Positions 1 to 9,527 are shown, counted from the first letter of the stretch. The stretch is 19,714 nucleotides of DNA from Candidatus Bathyarchaeia archaeon (GCA_049512935.1 JBEKWR010000030.1:1-19714); one strand, 5' to 3'. Notes: a model not told the origin generated them from the sequence alone. Translations and numbers: made by a program.

Positions 1-1880
1 AGCTTTTGCAAGATACAGTCACGCAGCCTTTCGTCGCATCCGTTGGTTTTCAAGTAGCCCGTTATGAAGGGACCCAGCAGCCAAGGCCAAACCGTCCCGT
101 TATGGTAAGCCTTATCCCTGCTGACGCGGTCGCCAACGTATCTGCCGACGAACCTTGGGTCGCTGACGGACAACGTTCGCAAACCGTACGGCGTCACAAA
201 CTCACGGTCAACAACATCCATAACCCGCTGGCACCTGGCTTTGTCAAGGATGGCGAAGTCAAGAGAGACAGCGAAAACCTGGTTCGGACGAAGCGAATCG
301 TCGCCGCCGTCGGGTCCCAAAACGTCGAAAAGGCTGCCTGCGCGCGGGTTCCAGAATTTCAGGTTGAAGCTTCTTCTTGCCATGTCAGCCATCGCAGAGT
401 ATTTTTCAGCTAAGGCTTTCTCCCCGAACCTGTCGGCTAGCAGCTGCATCGTCCGAAGTGCATTGTACCATAAGGCTTGGATTTCCACCGCTTTCCCAGC
501 CCTAGGCGTCACCGCCGCGCCGTTGACTTCGGCGTCCATCCACGTGAGCCCTGCGCCATGCGACAGCAAGCCGTCGCTATCCAAACGGATGCCAAAAGAC
601 GTGCCTTGCTCGTGGCTGCTGATTATGGCTTGCAGGTTGTTCCAGAGTTCAGCCTCGATGAACGCGTAGTCCCCTGTGTACTTGAGGTACTGAAGGACAG
701 CGTTAACGTACCAGAGGGTTCCATCAACGGTGTTGTAGGCTGCTTCACCCGTCTTGTCTGTGACGAAGTTCGGGATAAGTCCGCCGCGGCAGAACCGATT
801 GTAAACCCGCAGGATGTCTCTTGCCTCGCTGAACCTGTGAGTAACCAGCAGCAACCCAGGCAGCGAGATAAACGTGTCCCTGCCCCATGACTCAAACCAG
901 TGGTACCCAGCGATAACGGCACTCCCGCCCGCCATGCTTTGAACGATGAATGAGTCAGCCGCCGAAAGAACCCAACTTAGCCAGTCAGCTGCTGAAACTT
1001 CATGGTGCAAACCGTAAAATTCCGAGAGCAAATCGTCCAGCCGCGCAGATTCCCGCGTGAAAGAAGCGGCAACTTCATCGATTGTTTTGCCGGTGGAATC
1101 CAGAACTTCCCGCGCAATTCGGCTGTCAACGTCTACGGCAGCGTTTAACGCGAAATCTTTTTCCTCTTTAGCCTGCAGTGTTAACTCGAAAAAGCCAGGT
1201 TGAAATTGGTCATCGCTGCCGTCTTCGCCTCTTGCCGCCTCCGCGCGGTAACACAAACCGTCTACCCAGTTGATATGCTCATGAAATCTGCCGTCAGTTG
1301 CTCGGCACAGGATTGTTGCGGAAGGGTGCTGAAACGCGGTTTCAAACTCTTCGTCGCCGCTTTTCTGGGTGAGCTCCAACGGGTTCGCCGCTCGGTTGAT
1401 GACGGAGTGGAAGTGACGGCAGGTTAACATTGGGTAAATCCTAAGCGTAGCTTCTCCGCTGCCATGGTTGGCGACCCTGTAGATTGCGGAGACAGCGTTC
1501 TTCCTCTTCGGCATGAAAACCGTTTTGCGCAGTTCGACGCCGCCAGCACGGTAAATCCACGTGGGGAATGGGGCGACTGAAAACGCGTTGAGAAACATGT
1601 ACCCTTGCGGATAAATCGCGTCTGCAAACTCGTTAGCGCCCAACCTGAAAACCTTGTCGCCGACGAAGACGTCCTCGTCTAGCTTTGAAAGGCAAACGGT
1701 GCGGTCGCCAGGCGGATGCAGCGCGGCAACCAGCAGCCCATGATACTTCCTCGTGTTTATGCCCAAAATGGTGCTTGACGCGTAGCCGCCTAACCCGTTG
1801 GTTACGAGCCACTCCTTGCTTAAGGCCTCGCCGAAGCGGGAAAGCGCTTCCTGATTGAAGGCTATGGCGGGCAACTTCAT
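1..1880 (-). CDS. Amylo-alpha-1,6-glucosidase / glycogen debranching enzyme (archaeal GDE type), 3' end outside the window
   Basis: Missing from the ORF track because there is no stop in the window. Manual translation from ATG at 1880 gives MKLPAIAFNQEALSRFGEALSKEWLVTNGLGGYASSTILGINTRKYHGLLVAAL..., then IAGYHWFESWGRDTFISLPGLLL, GLIPN, YNTVDGTLWY, LTWMDA, TPRAGKAVEIQALWYNAL, LRPNQVFAVSL, TPYGLRTL, AYHNGTVWPWLLGPF. These are hallmark GDE motifs. The start lies 1 nt after the stop of the upstream gene. Confidence 0.95.
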   Translation of the reverse strand, partial: MKLPAIAFNQEALSRFGEALSKEWLVTNGLGGYASSTILGINTRKYHGLLVAALHPPGDRTVCLSKLDEDVFVGDKVFRLGANEFADAIYPQGYMFLNAFSVAPFPTWIYRAGGVELRKTVFMPKRKNAVSAIYRVANHGSGEATLRIYPMLTCRHFHSVINRAANPLELTQKSGDEEFETAFQHPSATILCRATDGRFHEHINWVDGLCYRAEAARGEDGSDDQFQPGFFELTLQAKEEKDFALNAAVDVDSRIAREVLDSTGKTIDEVAASFTRESARLDDLLSEFYGLHHEVSAADWLSWVLSAADSFIVQSMAGGSAVIAGYHWFESWGRDTFISLPGLLLVTHRFSEARDILRVYNRFCRGGLIPNFVTDKTGEAAYNTVDGTLWYVNAVLQYLKYTGDYAFIEAELWNNLQAIISSHEQGTSFGIRLDSDGLLSHGAGLTWMDAEVNGAAVTPRAGKAVEIQALWYNALRTMQLLADRFGEKALAEKYSAMADMARRSFNLKFWNPRAGSLFDVLGPDGGDDSLRPNQVFAVSLDFAILDKARCQRVMDVVDREFVTPYGLRTLSVSDPRFVGRYVGDRVSRDKAYHNGTVWPWLLGPFITGYLKTNGCDERLRDCILQK

Positions 1881-1881
1881 T

Positions 1882-2763
1882 TTACGGCATCAGCTTGGCG
1901 ATGTTTTTGTCTCTTGGAGCGCAGAAATAGTTAGCCACGGGTACACATTTGGTTCTGAACAGCAGCAGATGAGGCTTGGTCAACTTGTACTCGGTGAGGG
2001 TTTCAGCGTACCCCATGCCCTTAGCGAAAACCAATTCTGCAGCGTCGTAAACCTTGAGGAATTCAGGCGAAACCTCTTTCTTAAGCAAACCCACCGCGTC
2101 TGTCCCGGTGGTCAGCACGTCGTCTGCTATTGCGTCCATGCCTGAAAGCGCCACGTCCTCCATTGTTGCGTCGTTGATGACGGAGCCGCCTTTAACCACA
2201 TAAGTCACTTTTAAGCCCATGTTCTTCAGTTGCTCAACCAAAAGAGTGTCAAAAACGATTTCTCCCGCGTTATCCGCCAGGTAAAGAACGCTGTTCGCGT
2301 TTTTCGCTATCTCGTAGGCGCGGTCGATGTCGTCGATGAACAGGTCTTTAGAGGCTTCACGAATGCACGAGGCTAAACTGTTAAGGGTGAAGTTGTGCCC
2401 TGGAATGTCAAACTCCATGATGTTTCCGACGATGGCGCAGAGGCAAGCCTTCTTGAAACGCTCCTGCTGATTGTAGCTTTCCTCAACGAGTTTTCTCGCG
2501 TGAGGCAACAGTTTGAGCGCTTTTTCGTTAGCTGCCTTCTTAGTTCTGCTGTACGGGTCATTGTTGCCCGTTAACTCCTTGATTAAACGGTCTCTCTTCG
2601 TGCCTAAATCAGCAGCTACAGAAGACGATTTGAACTCGCGATTGAGTAGCCGAACAACCTCGGCGAGGCAGCGGAAACGAAGAGCGGGATTTGTCGTCGC
2701 CTGGTAAGTTTCCGTTTGCGCCCGCGAAAGCAGGCAAGATTCACATTCTGGTTCCACTTTCAA
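1882..2763 (-). CDS. DUF89 / ARMT1-like damage-control metal-dependent phosphatase
   Basis: N-terminal ECESC (CxxC), DPY..K, GNIMEF, YLADNAGEIVFD, INDAT and KGMGYAETL are characteristic of DUF89 subfamily I. TTG start. Confidence 0.9.
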   Translation of the reverse strand: MKVEPECESCLLSRAQTETYQATTNPALRFRCLAEVVRLLNREFKSSSVAADLGTKRDRLIKELTGNNDPYSRTKKAANEKALKLLPHARKLVEESYNQQERFKKACLCAIVGNIMEFDIPGHNFTLNSLASCIREASKDLFIDDIDRAYEIAKNANSVLYLADNAGEIVFDTLLVEQLKNMGLKVTYVVKGGSVINDATMEDVALSGMDAIADDVLTTGTDAVGLLKKEVSPEFLKVYDAAELVFAKGMGYAETLTEYKLTKPHLLLFRTKCVPVANYFCAPRDKNIAKLMP

Positions 2764-2780
2764 AGCTAATCACGTTAATG

Positions 2781-3491
<711 letters not shown>

Positions 3492-3544
3492 TCACTAATA
3501 TCGTTTGCCGTTCTATACGCCATTCAAAAACGAAGGTGAAAGCA

Positions 3545-5245
3545 TCATTTTTGCTGGGCGACTGATTTGACTTGGAGTGCAGCCGCTTTAGCCATTGATT
3601 CCGTCAGCATGCCGATAAGTTGACCGTTCTTAACCATGGCAGCCCGTGTGATGCCCTTCTCCCCCATCCGCTTCATGGCTGTAATCATCGTCTCGTCGCC
3701 TTCAAGAATTATCAACGGCGTGAAGTTCAGGTCGTTCGCCAGTGTTTTCTCAGGATCCATCTGCATGTCAACAATGTCCTTGAGAAGTTCACGGTCGTTG
3801 ATCACGCCGACGGGTTTACCGTGGTCAGTTATCAAAACTGAATTGACGCCGTTTTCAAACATCTTGCTGACAATCGCGGCGACGGCGTCACTGGTTGAAA
3901 CTGTGACGGCGGGAAGCTTCGTGCCTGCTTGGCTGCTTATTTCTTTGATGTCTATGCCTCGCTTCCAAATGTCGTTCAGCATCTCGCTTACTCTTTCGAT
4001 CTGACTGGAGTCGGAGGAGTAGAAAGTGTCAGCCAGGTAGAACGGGGCTTCAGATGCGAAGTCGCTCAGCGGAGGCATCTTAAACATGAACAGGTGCTTG
4101 TTGTCAACCAGCATCATAGTCATGTAGCTGATCGGAACATGCTTAATTTCAAAGCGGCTTGCGAGTTTCTGTGCTGGCTCAAGGTTGTCGAGGTCAATGG
4201 ACGCCATTATTCGGACTTTTAAGCCTTTCTTGAAGTAGTTTACCAGCGGGTTTACAGAAGGGTCATCTTCAGCGAGGACGTTGATGCTCTGAGATGAGGT
4301 GATAACCACGATGTCTTTTTTGGCGCCTTCCAAAACCTGGGTGACCTTGGACCATGCTTCATCCGCGTCTTTAATGACCATCGTTTCGCCTATGGGGATT
4401 CCAGTCTTCAACTCCTCTATCCTTTTTGAGGCTTCAATGCCTGTTTGCCACATCTGAACAAAGAAAGCCTTCAGAACAGAAATGAACATTTTGTCGTTAA
4501 TCCATAAGCCCTCGTCCTCCAGGTTCAGCACGGACGCTTCGTTGCCGTAGGGCGTGTACAGCATGGCTTCTTCCTCGTCTTTGATTAGGAACCGAGGGAA
4601 AAACTTGGAGGTCATTCCTACGTGGCGAAGTTTTATATTGAGTTTTTCGTCTGTGACGGTGCGGTCTAGCCTTTCCACGATTTTGAAGTTTTCATGGGAA
4701 ATGTCGGTTATTATCTGTAGCTGTATGTTGCGGTCTTGGGAGGAACTGACGGCTGAGTCGAAGACGCCAGCGATGTCTTCCTGGATTAAGCCCAGTGCGG
4801 TGGTTAAGATGGTGACTTTAGAGTTTGACTCTTCAATCATGGACAACATTTTTGAGTGAATCTTTTTCTTCCCCGTGATGATTGAGAACTTCGCCACTGG
4901 GTACTCAGATTCGGGAGCGCTGATTGACTGCCAAGCCGTCAGTAGGTTCTGTTTCTGGTCGGTCAGGTTGGTGACCTCGGTCTTTTTGGCGGTGATGAAC
5001 GTGTCAACTAGGTTTTCGAAAGCAACGATCGTGAACCTCGTCGGCCTCTCCAAAGTTGCTTCGATGAAGCCCTTCTCCTGCAGCTTCTTAAATGTACGAT
5101 AGGCTTGGACCCGTTCCATCTTGAGTCGCTTAGCTACGAAGCTTGTTGATTGAACCCCGCTTTTGGCTAGGAACATGTAAACTTGAATCTCTCTTTTCGA
5201 AAGCCCGAGCATCTGCAGAAACCGTGTAACGTCTTTTTCACTCAT
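3545..5245 (-). CDS. TrmB-family transcriptional regulator with two tandem effector (PLD-like) domains and a C-terminal CBS pair
   Basis: N-terminal winged HTH (LGLSKREIQVYMFL...RVQAYRTFKKLQEKGFIE...RPTRF), two homologous internal domains, then CBS repeats (VTVSTSDAVAAIVSKMFENGVNSVLITDHGKPVGVINDRELL; ETMITAMKRMGEKGITRAAMVKNGQLIGML). I prefer ATG 5245 (MSEKDV) over the track's GTG 5338 because a TATA box lies between them. Confidence 0.88.
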   Translation of the reverse strand: MSEKDVTRFLQMLGLSKREIQVYMFLAKSGVQSTSFVAKRLKMERVQAYRTFKKLQEKGFIEATLERPTRFTIVAFENLVDTFITAKKTEVTNLTDQKQNLLTAWQSISAPESEYPVAKFSIITGKKKIHSKMLSMIEESNSKVTILTTALGLIQEDIAGVFDSAVSSSQDRNIQLQIITDISHENFKIVERLDRTVTDEKLNIKLRHVGMTSKFFPRFLIKDEEEAMLYTPYGNEASVLNLEDEGLWINDKMFISVLKAFFVQMWQTGIEASKRIEELKTGIPIGETMVIKDADEAWSKVTQVLEGAKKDIVVITSSQSINVLAEDDPSVNPLVNYFKKGLKVRIMASIDLDNLEPAQKLASRFEIKHVPISYMTMMLVDNKHLFMFKMPPLSDFASEAPFYLADTFYSSDSSQIERVSEMLNDIWKRGIDIKEISSQAGTKLPAVTVSTSDAVAAIVSKMFENGVNSVLITDHGKPVGVINDRELLKDIVDMQMDPEKTLANDLNFTPLIILEGDETMITAMKRMGEKGITRAAMVKNGQLIGMLTESMAKAAALQVKSVAQQK

Positions 5246-5303
5246 AAGGCAGCCGCCGTCTAAAACCCGCACTCTTCTCCTACATTTAGGATGGGATTCG
5301 GCA

Positions 5304-5312
5304 TTTATATAA
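5304..5312 (-). promoter_or_regulatory. Putative TATA box of the trmB-CBS gene
   Basis: TTATATAAA on the minus strand with an A-rich stretch upstream, about 60 nt before ATG 5245. Confidence 0.5.
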
Positions 5313-5383
5313 CTAATGTTTTTTTGTAGACTTTTCACCTAGCAATTTGACTACAACTTAAGGCACGTTTGTGACTAAACAGT

Positions 5384-6061
5384 TTAAGTCAGCGTTTTTT
5401 GAATTGAGCCTTTCTCGCTTTTCGCCCTCTTCGCAGGCCTCCAAGACTTCCTCACAAAACTGGGGTATTCATCGTTTTTCTCCAGCAGCCGCCGCAGGAA
5501 AGCCATGGTTTTCTCGTCGGTTAAGTATCCGCTGCCGAAATCGCCGTGCTCCGCCCGCAAAGCCGCGACTTCCCTGTCCCGCTCCACCTTGGCGATGATG
5601 GATGCTGCTGAAACAACAGGGTAGATCCTGTCGGCTTTGTGACGTGAAACGATGCGGGTTTTGACGGTTAGGCATTCACGTATGTGGTTTGCGAAGCGGT
5701 GTTCAACCGTGTCTGCCGCGTCAACGAATACTTCGTCAGGCTTCAAAGCTTCGATGATTTGCGCCATCGTTTGCGCTTCGAGACGGTTTAGTTTGTGTAA
5801 TCGTCTTTCGCTTTCAACTACCTTGTCGATTTCGCTTGGAAGGATTTTTATGGTTTGGTACTTTTCGGTTAACTGCAGGATCGCTGGGTACAATAGCTCC
5901 CGTTTCTGGGGGGTAAGCAGTTTGGAGTCTTTCACGCCGAGCTCGGTAAGGATCGGCAGCGCCTCAGCGTTAACCATGACGCCAGCGACAACTAAAGGGC
6001 CAATAACGCATCCGCGCCCTGCCTCGTCCACGCCAGCAATCAAGGTTTTAGCCAAACGCAT
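5384..6061 (-). CDS. rnhB: Ribonuclease HII
   Basis: AGVDEAGRGCVIGPLVV, GVKDSKLL, VFVDAAD, HKAD..YPVVSAASIIAKVERD, DFGSGY, VRKSW. Start is ATG 6061 or GTG 6064. Confidence 0.97.
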   Translation of the reverse strand: MRLAKTLIAGVDEAGRGCVIGPLVVAGVMVNAEALPILTELGVKDSKLLTPQKRELLYPAILQLTEKYQTIKILPSEIDKVVESERRLHKLNRLEAQTMAQIIEALKPDEVFVDAADTVEHRFANHIRECLTVKTRIVSRHKADRIYPVVSAASIIAKVERDREVAALRAEHGDFGSGYLTDEKTMAFLRRLLEKNDEYPSFVRKSWRPAKRAKSEKGSIQKTLT

Positions 6062-6436
6062 CACTCAACGTTGAATGGCTTTCGTGAAACTAAGCTATAA
6101 CACTTTTCCAAAAGCCGCGCCTGACCCGAGAAAGCATCGCGTTGCTGAACCCCGCCTTTGTGAACCCATATTTGTGTTGGTTTTTTGATGTAAATAGTAG
6201 ACCCCCTCCCCCCTCCCTATCGGGTAGGTCAGGGCTTGATTCATGTTGATTTTTTAGTTTAGAGCCCAAATCAAGCTCAAAAGATTTCATTTTTCCGTGA
6301 AGAAAACAAAGAACTAGCCGAAAAAACAGGTATAAATCCATTGATACCTGAATCCAGATGCCCTATCAAACGGCAGTTCGCTTCAGGCAAGGCTTGTTTC
6401 GGGCTGCATTTTTGATTTGGGTTGTTTTCCTGCCTT

Positions 6437-7135
6437 TTACTTTTTCTGCGCCACAATCATCGCGTGCGCTTTGTCGAAGGGCTCCAAGTTCACAACCTCA
6501 ACTACGTCGAAGCCTCTTTTGCGCAGAATGTTGGCTTCCTGACGGTAAACCGCCTCGGGGTCCATGGTCACGTCGATGCTTTGCGCCTTCACCGCAATCA
6601 TAATCCAGCCTCCCGCCTTCAGGAAAAAGTCCGCGTTGTCAGCCAGCAACTTCGCCTGCTCAGGCTGCGCCACGTCACAGTAAATCGTGTCCACCTTCCC
6701 CGAGATGAACATTGCGTACCGTTCAGGCATGCGCGCGTCTTCAAGAAGCGGCGAAATGTTCGGGCGAAAAGCAGCTACGTTGTTGACTAAGTCGCGGATT
6801 GAACGCTGCGCAAACTCAACGCAGTAAACGTGCCCAGCTTCGCCGACGATGTCTGAAACGTGGCTCGGCGTCGTCCCCGAAGCAGCGCCCAAATAAAGCA
6901 CCTTGCTGCCTGGCTCAATAGGCACGTTCTGCAAGCCCTTGATGATGGCTCCCGCCAGCTTGCTGCGGAAAGCGTCCCAAACGCGGTACTCGACGCCCTT
7001 AAACTTGACCAGCCGTTCCCCGTAAACGTTCAAGCCCGGCGTCAGGTTCTTGGTGGCAAGCCGTTTCGCGCCGTCTTCAAGCGTGACCTCGTAGATTTCC
7101 CTGAACTTCAGGTGCGGCTTAACCCTGACCGGCAC
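6437..7135 (-). CDS. flpA: Fibrillarin-like rRNA/tRNA 2'-O-methyltransferase
   Basis: VYGE, EYRVWDAFRSKLAGAI, VLYLGAASGTTPSHVSDIV, LLEDARMP, CDVAQPEQA, KAQSIDVT, LEPFDKAH. GTG 7135 gives 232 aa (typical size), overlaps the nop5 3' end by 17 nt and has GGAGA just upstream. Confidence 0.96.
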   Translation of the reverse strand: MPVRVKPHLKFREIYEVTLEDGAKRLATKNLTPGLNVYGERLVKFKGVEYRVWDAFRSKLAGAIIKGLQNVPIEPGSKVLYLGAASGTTPSHVSDIVGEAGHVYCVEFAQRSIRDLVNNVAAFRPNISPLLEDARMPERYAMFISGKVDTIYCDVAQPEQAKLLADNADFFLKAGGWIMIAVKAQSIDVTMDPEAVYRQEANILRKRGFDVVEVVNLEPFDKAHAMIVAQKK

Positions 7136-8471
7136 GCCTGTCTCTCCACTGCTTACGCCTGCGCTTCCCTCCGTGAGGAGGTCGTTGATGCGGTTTTTCC
7201 CTGAGTGGATATTCTCCGCCTCCGCCCTCACGCGGCCTAGAAGGATGCTCTCCGCCTTCCCTGCGTTCCCTAAAAGGCTCCTCGCGCCTTTCCATTCTGG
7301 GTTTAGGCTCCTTAGGTGGCGGCGGCTCCTTGTACTTCTCGTGGATTTCGTCCAAGCGCTTGTTTATGTCCGCTTTTAACCTGTCGCCGATGAAGTTGCC
7401 GCCGAAAGCGTCAGCTCTAGCTGCAATGGCTAGTTTCCCAGCGATGACACGCGCGATTTTTCCCCGTTGCCAACGCTTAGCATCATGCAGCAATGTGTGT
7501 TGGAAGATTAACCCGTGTTTTGGCGGTCTCGCACCTGTTTTCAATGAGCGGAAGAGTGCTTTTTCTGCACCTAAAACTTGAATTGTGCTGGCTGGTCGCA
7601 TAGCAAGGTTTCGCAGGCTTCCAGCGATGGCGATCAATCGTGCCCCTAGAAGTGCTCCTGCGACGGCTCGGACGTTGGGCGCCAGCTCCTCCATTGTTCG
7701 GTCAACGTAATTCTCCATGTTCTTGCGCAACTCATAGAATTCGAGCACGTTTCTAGCTAATTCTTGGATCTGATTAAGGTCGAGTTCAGCGATGTCTGCA
7801 CCCATGCTTGATTCTGCTGCTTTCGCAACAAACTGCGCTCGCTCTTTAGGAATGTTCTCTTTCTCCAAAGCTTCGACAGTGTAGTTTTCCCTGTAACCCA
7901 AGTTCATGACTAAGCGTGAGTAGGTTTCGTGTTTCTCGATTAGGCGGTCAAGCTCGGGGAAGTAGACGCCATACCACTCGCGGAGCCTGCCCATGAACAG
8001 GTTGACCGTACGGTCCAGATCATCAAGCGTCTGAATGCCCTGAGCAACGATTAGGTCTCTCTTCTCGACGGCGCCTTTGATTCGCAGTTTTGTGAGTTCC
8101 AAGCTGACGTTTCGGCTCCAGAGGCTAAGCTCCTGCTCATCCCCGATAAAACCCGATTCAACAGCCACCTGGCTCATCAGCGAACGCAAATCTTCAACCT
8201 CAGCGCCCTTGGCAACTTCAACGGTGACATTCATTTTACGGTGGGTTTCATCTGCCACGCTGGCGTTTTCAAAAACAAACGCATCGTAACCCGCGTTTTT
8301 AAGCAGAGTCACCAAAGAGAAGACTTCGTCGGAAAGCTTTCCCGATTCTGTTTTCAGCAAACTTTTTGCGGCTGCCAGAGGTTTCTTCGGAAACAGAACT
8401 TTCTCAACCAAGCCTTTCTTGTCGTCGAAGGCTGCGACGCCGAATGGAAATTGAATTATGAATGCTTTCAT
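7119..8471 (-). CDS. nop5: Nop5 (Nop56/58) C/D box sRNP scaffold protein
   Basis: RDLIVAQGIQTLDDLDRTVNLFMGRLREWYGVYFPEL, SMGAD, APN..AVAGALLGARLIAIAG, PASTIQVLGAEKALFR, PPKHGLIFQH, RGKIAR; directly upstream of fibrillarin. Confidence 0.97.
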   Translation of the reverse strand: MKAFIIQFPFGVAAFDDKKGLVEKVLFPKKPLAAAKSLLKTESGKLSDEVFSLVTLLKNAGYDAFVFENASVADETHRKMNVTVEVAKGAEVEDLRSLMSQVAVESGFIGDEQELSLWSRNVSLELTKLRIKGAVEKRDLIVAQGIQTLDDLDRTVNLFMGRLREWYGVYFPELDRLIEKHETYSRLVMNLGYRENYTVEALEKENIPKERAQFVAKAAESSMGADIAELDLNQIQELARNVLEFYELRKNMENYVDRTMEELAPNVRAVAGALLGARLIAIAGSLRNLAMRPASTIQVLGAEKALFRSLKTGARPPKHGLIFQHTLLHDAKRWQRGKIARVIAGKLAIAARADAFGGNFIGDRLKADINKRLDEIHEKYKEPPPPKEPKPRMERREEPFRERREGGEHPSRPREGGGGEYPLREKPHQRPPHGGKRRRKQWRDRRAGQG

Positions 8472-8735
8472 GTCTTTAAAGCCCCAGTAAACTAAGTACT
8501 GTCAAGAGTTTAACCTAATAAATAATTGTTTTTCATGAAAAACATCTGTTGTACTATATATTGAAATCAAGCATCAGAAACCACTTAGGCGAATCTATTG
8601 ATGAGGAATTGTTTTGAGTAGAAATATCCAATGTTGACATTTGGATTTTGACATACTACGGTTTTAGAAATCTAGTTTATGTTGTTTCACAGCACATAAA
8701 ATTTGGAGCGGACCCACTAAAGAGGGCGCAGAAAA

Positions 8736-9344
8736 ATGCTCGACAAAAACCTGAAAAAACCAATTATTGCAGTGTTCATAGTAGTCTCCATTTTCCTAAC
8801 CCTGTTTTCAGCCAACTTTGTCTCTGCCAGTGGTGGGTCAATTGCGATGGCGAATGCCTATCCAGAAGACGGAGCAACATACGTGGTCGTCGACCATTTC
8901 ATTTATCAAGCCACGGCAGTTAACACTAACACGACTGTTTCAGTAAGCATTGATAATGGGCCACTCATACCTATGGCTTTTCAAGGCATAATAAATGAAG
9001 TGGTCAACAACGATACTGTCGCTCGCGACTGGTACACATGGCAGGTAACAATTCCAGCTATAACGAATCCGGGCAGACACACGTTCCAATTTTTCAGCCA
9101 TTACTATGTTTGGCAAGACACAGACTATTATTGGGAGGAATTTAACGCCCGTTCCACTGCTCAGTCATTCTCTATTGCAGATTCAACTCCGCCGAAATCA
9201 ACCCCGACAACAACACGCCCAGTTCCAGAGTTACAACCCGTTCCAGAGATGCAATCTTGGATGATTTTTCCAATTTTTGCAGTAGCAATAATATTATCAA
9301 TTATATTTTTCAGGAAGAGAATGCCCACCACTAATAAACCCTGA
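8736..9344 (+). CDS. Secreted/surface protein with signal peptide and PEF/PEP-CTERM-like C-terminal anchor
   Basis: Basic n-region plus hydrophobic helix (KKPIIAVFIVVSIFLTLFSANFVSA), beta-rich aromatic middle, Pro/Thr linker, VPELQPVPEMQSW, a TM helix, then RKR. Confidence 0.8.
   Translation: MLDKNLKKPIIAVFIVVSIFLTLFSANFVSASGGSIAMANAYPEDGATYVVVDHFIYQATAVNTNTTVSVSIDNGPLIPMAFQGIINEVVNNDTVARDWYTWQVTIPAITNPGRHTFQFFSHYYVWQDTDYYWEEFNARSTAQSFSIADSTPPKSTPTTTRPVPELQPVPEMQSWMIFPIFAVAIILSIIFFRKRMPTTNKP
9219..9254 (+). repeat. Imperfect 18-bp tandem duplication encoding PVPELQ/PVPEMQ
   Basis: ccagttccagagttacaa followed by cccgttccagagatgcaa. Confidence 0.75.
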
Positions 9345-9527
9345 GCCAACGCTATTTGGGTGGAGAATGTTATCTTCCCTATTTGTTATCATGCGAGGCA
9401 GACACTAGATGATATAAGGTGTAAGGTAGCAAATGAGATTTTTTCCCCGGCAATTCAGTTTGTTCTCATAGCTCGGGCGGACTTTTCATGGATGTGGCTT
9501 TTTGCTGAAGGTTCCGTGAGCCTTTCT

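Noticed and set aside
192-205. 14-mer cgtcacaaactcac also present at 13439-13452
   Set aside because: Both copies are inside coding regions, and about one such match is expected by chance in a 20-kb window.
6-1627. Short ORF-track calls (e.g. 6..413, 241..669, 477..890, 623..922, 1200..1427, 1424..1627)
   Set aside because: They are shadows of the long minus-strand debranching-enzyme frame, which has clear family motifs.
6200-6220. G-string as an ORB element / replication origin
   Set aside because: No TTCCAGTGGAAAC-like ORB core, no repeated boxes and no cdc6/orc1 gene in the window.
7136-7231. N-terminal extension of fibrillarin as given in the ORF track (possible GAR-like domain)
   Set aside because: It lies wholly within the nop5 tail in another frame, is not RGG-rich, and GTG 7135 gives the standard length.
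8598-8670. Possible C/D box sRNA (TGATGA at about 8599) next to nop5
   Set aside because: No CTGA box D at a suitable distance. None was found in 6065-6436 either.
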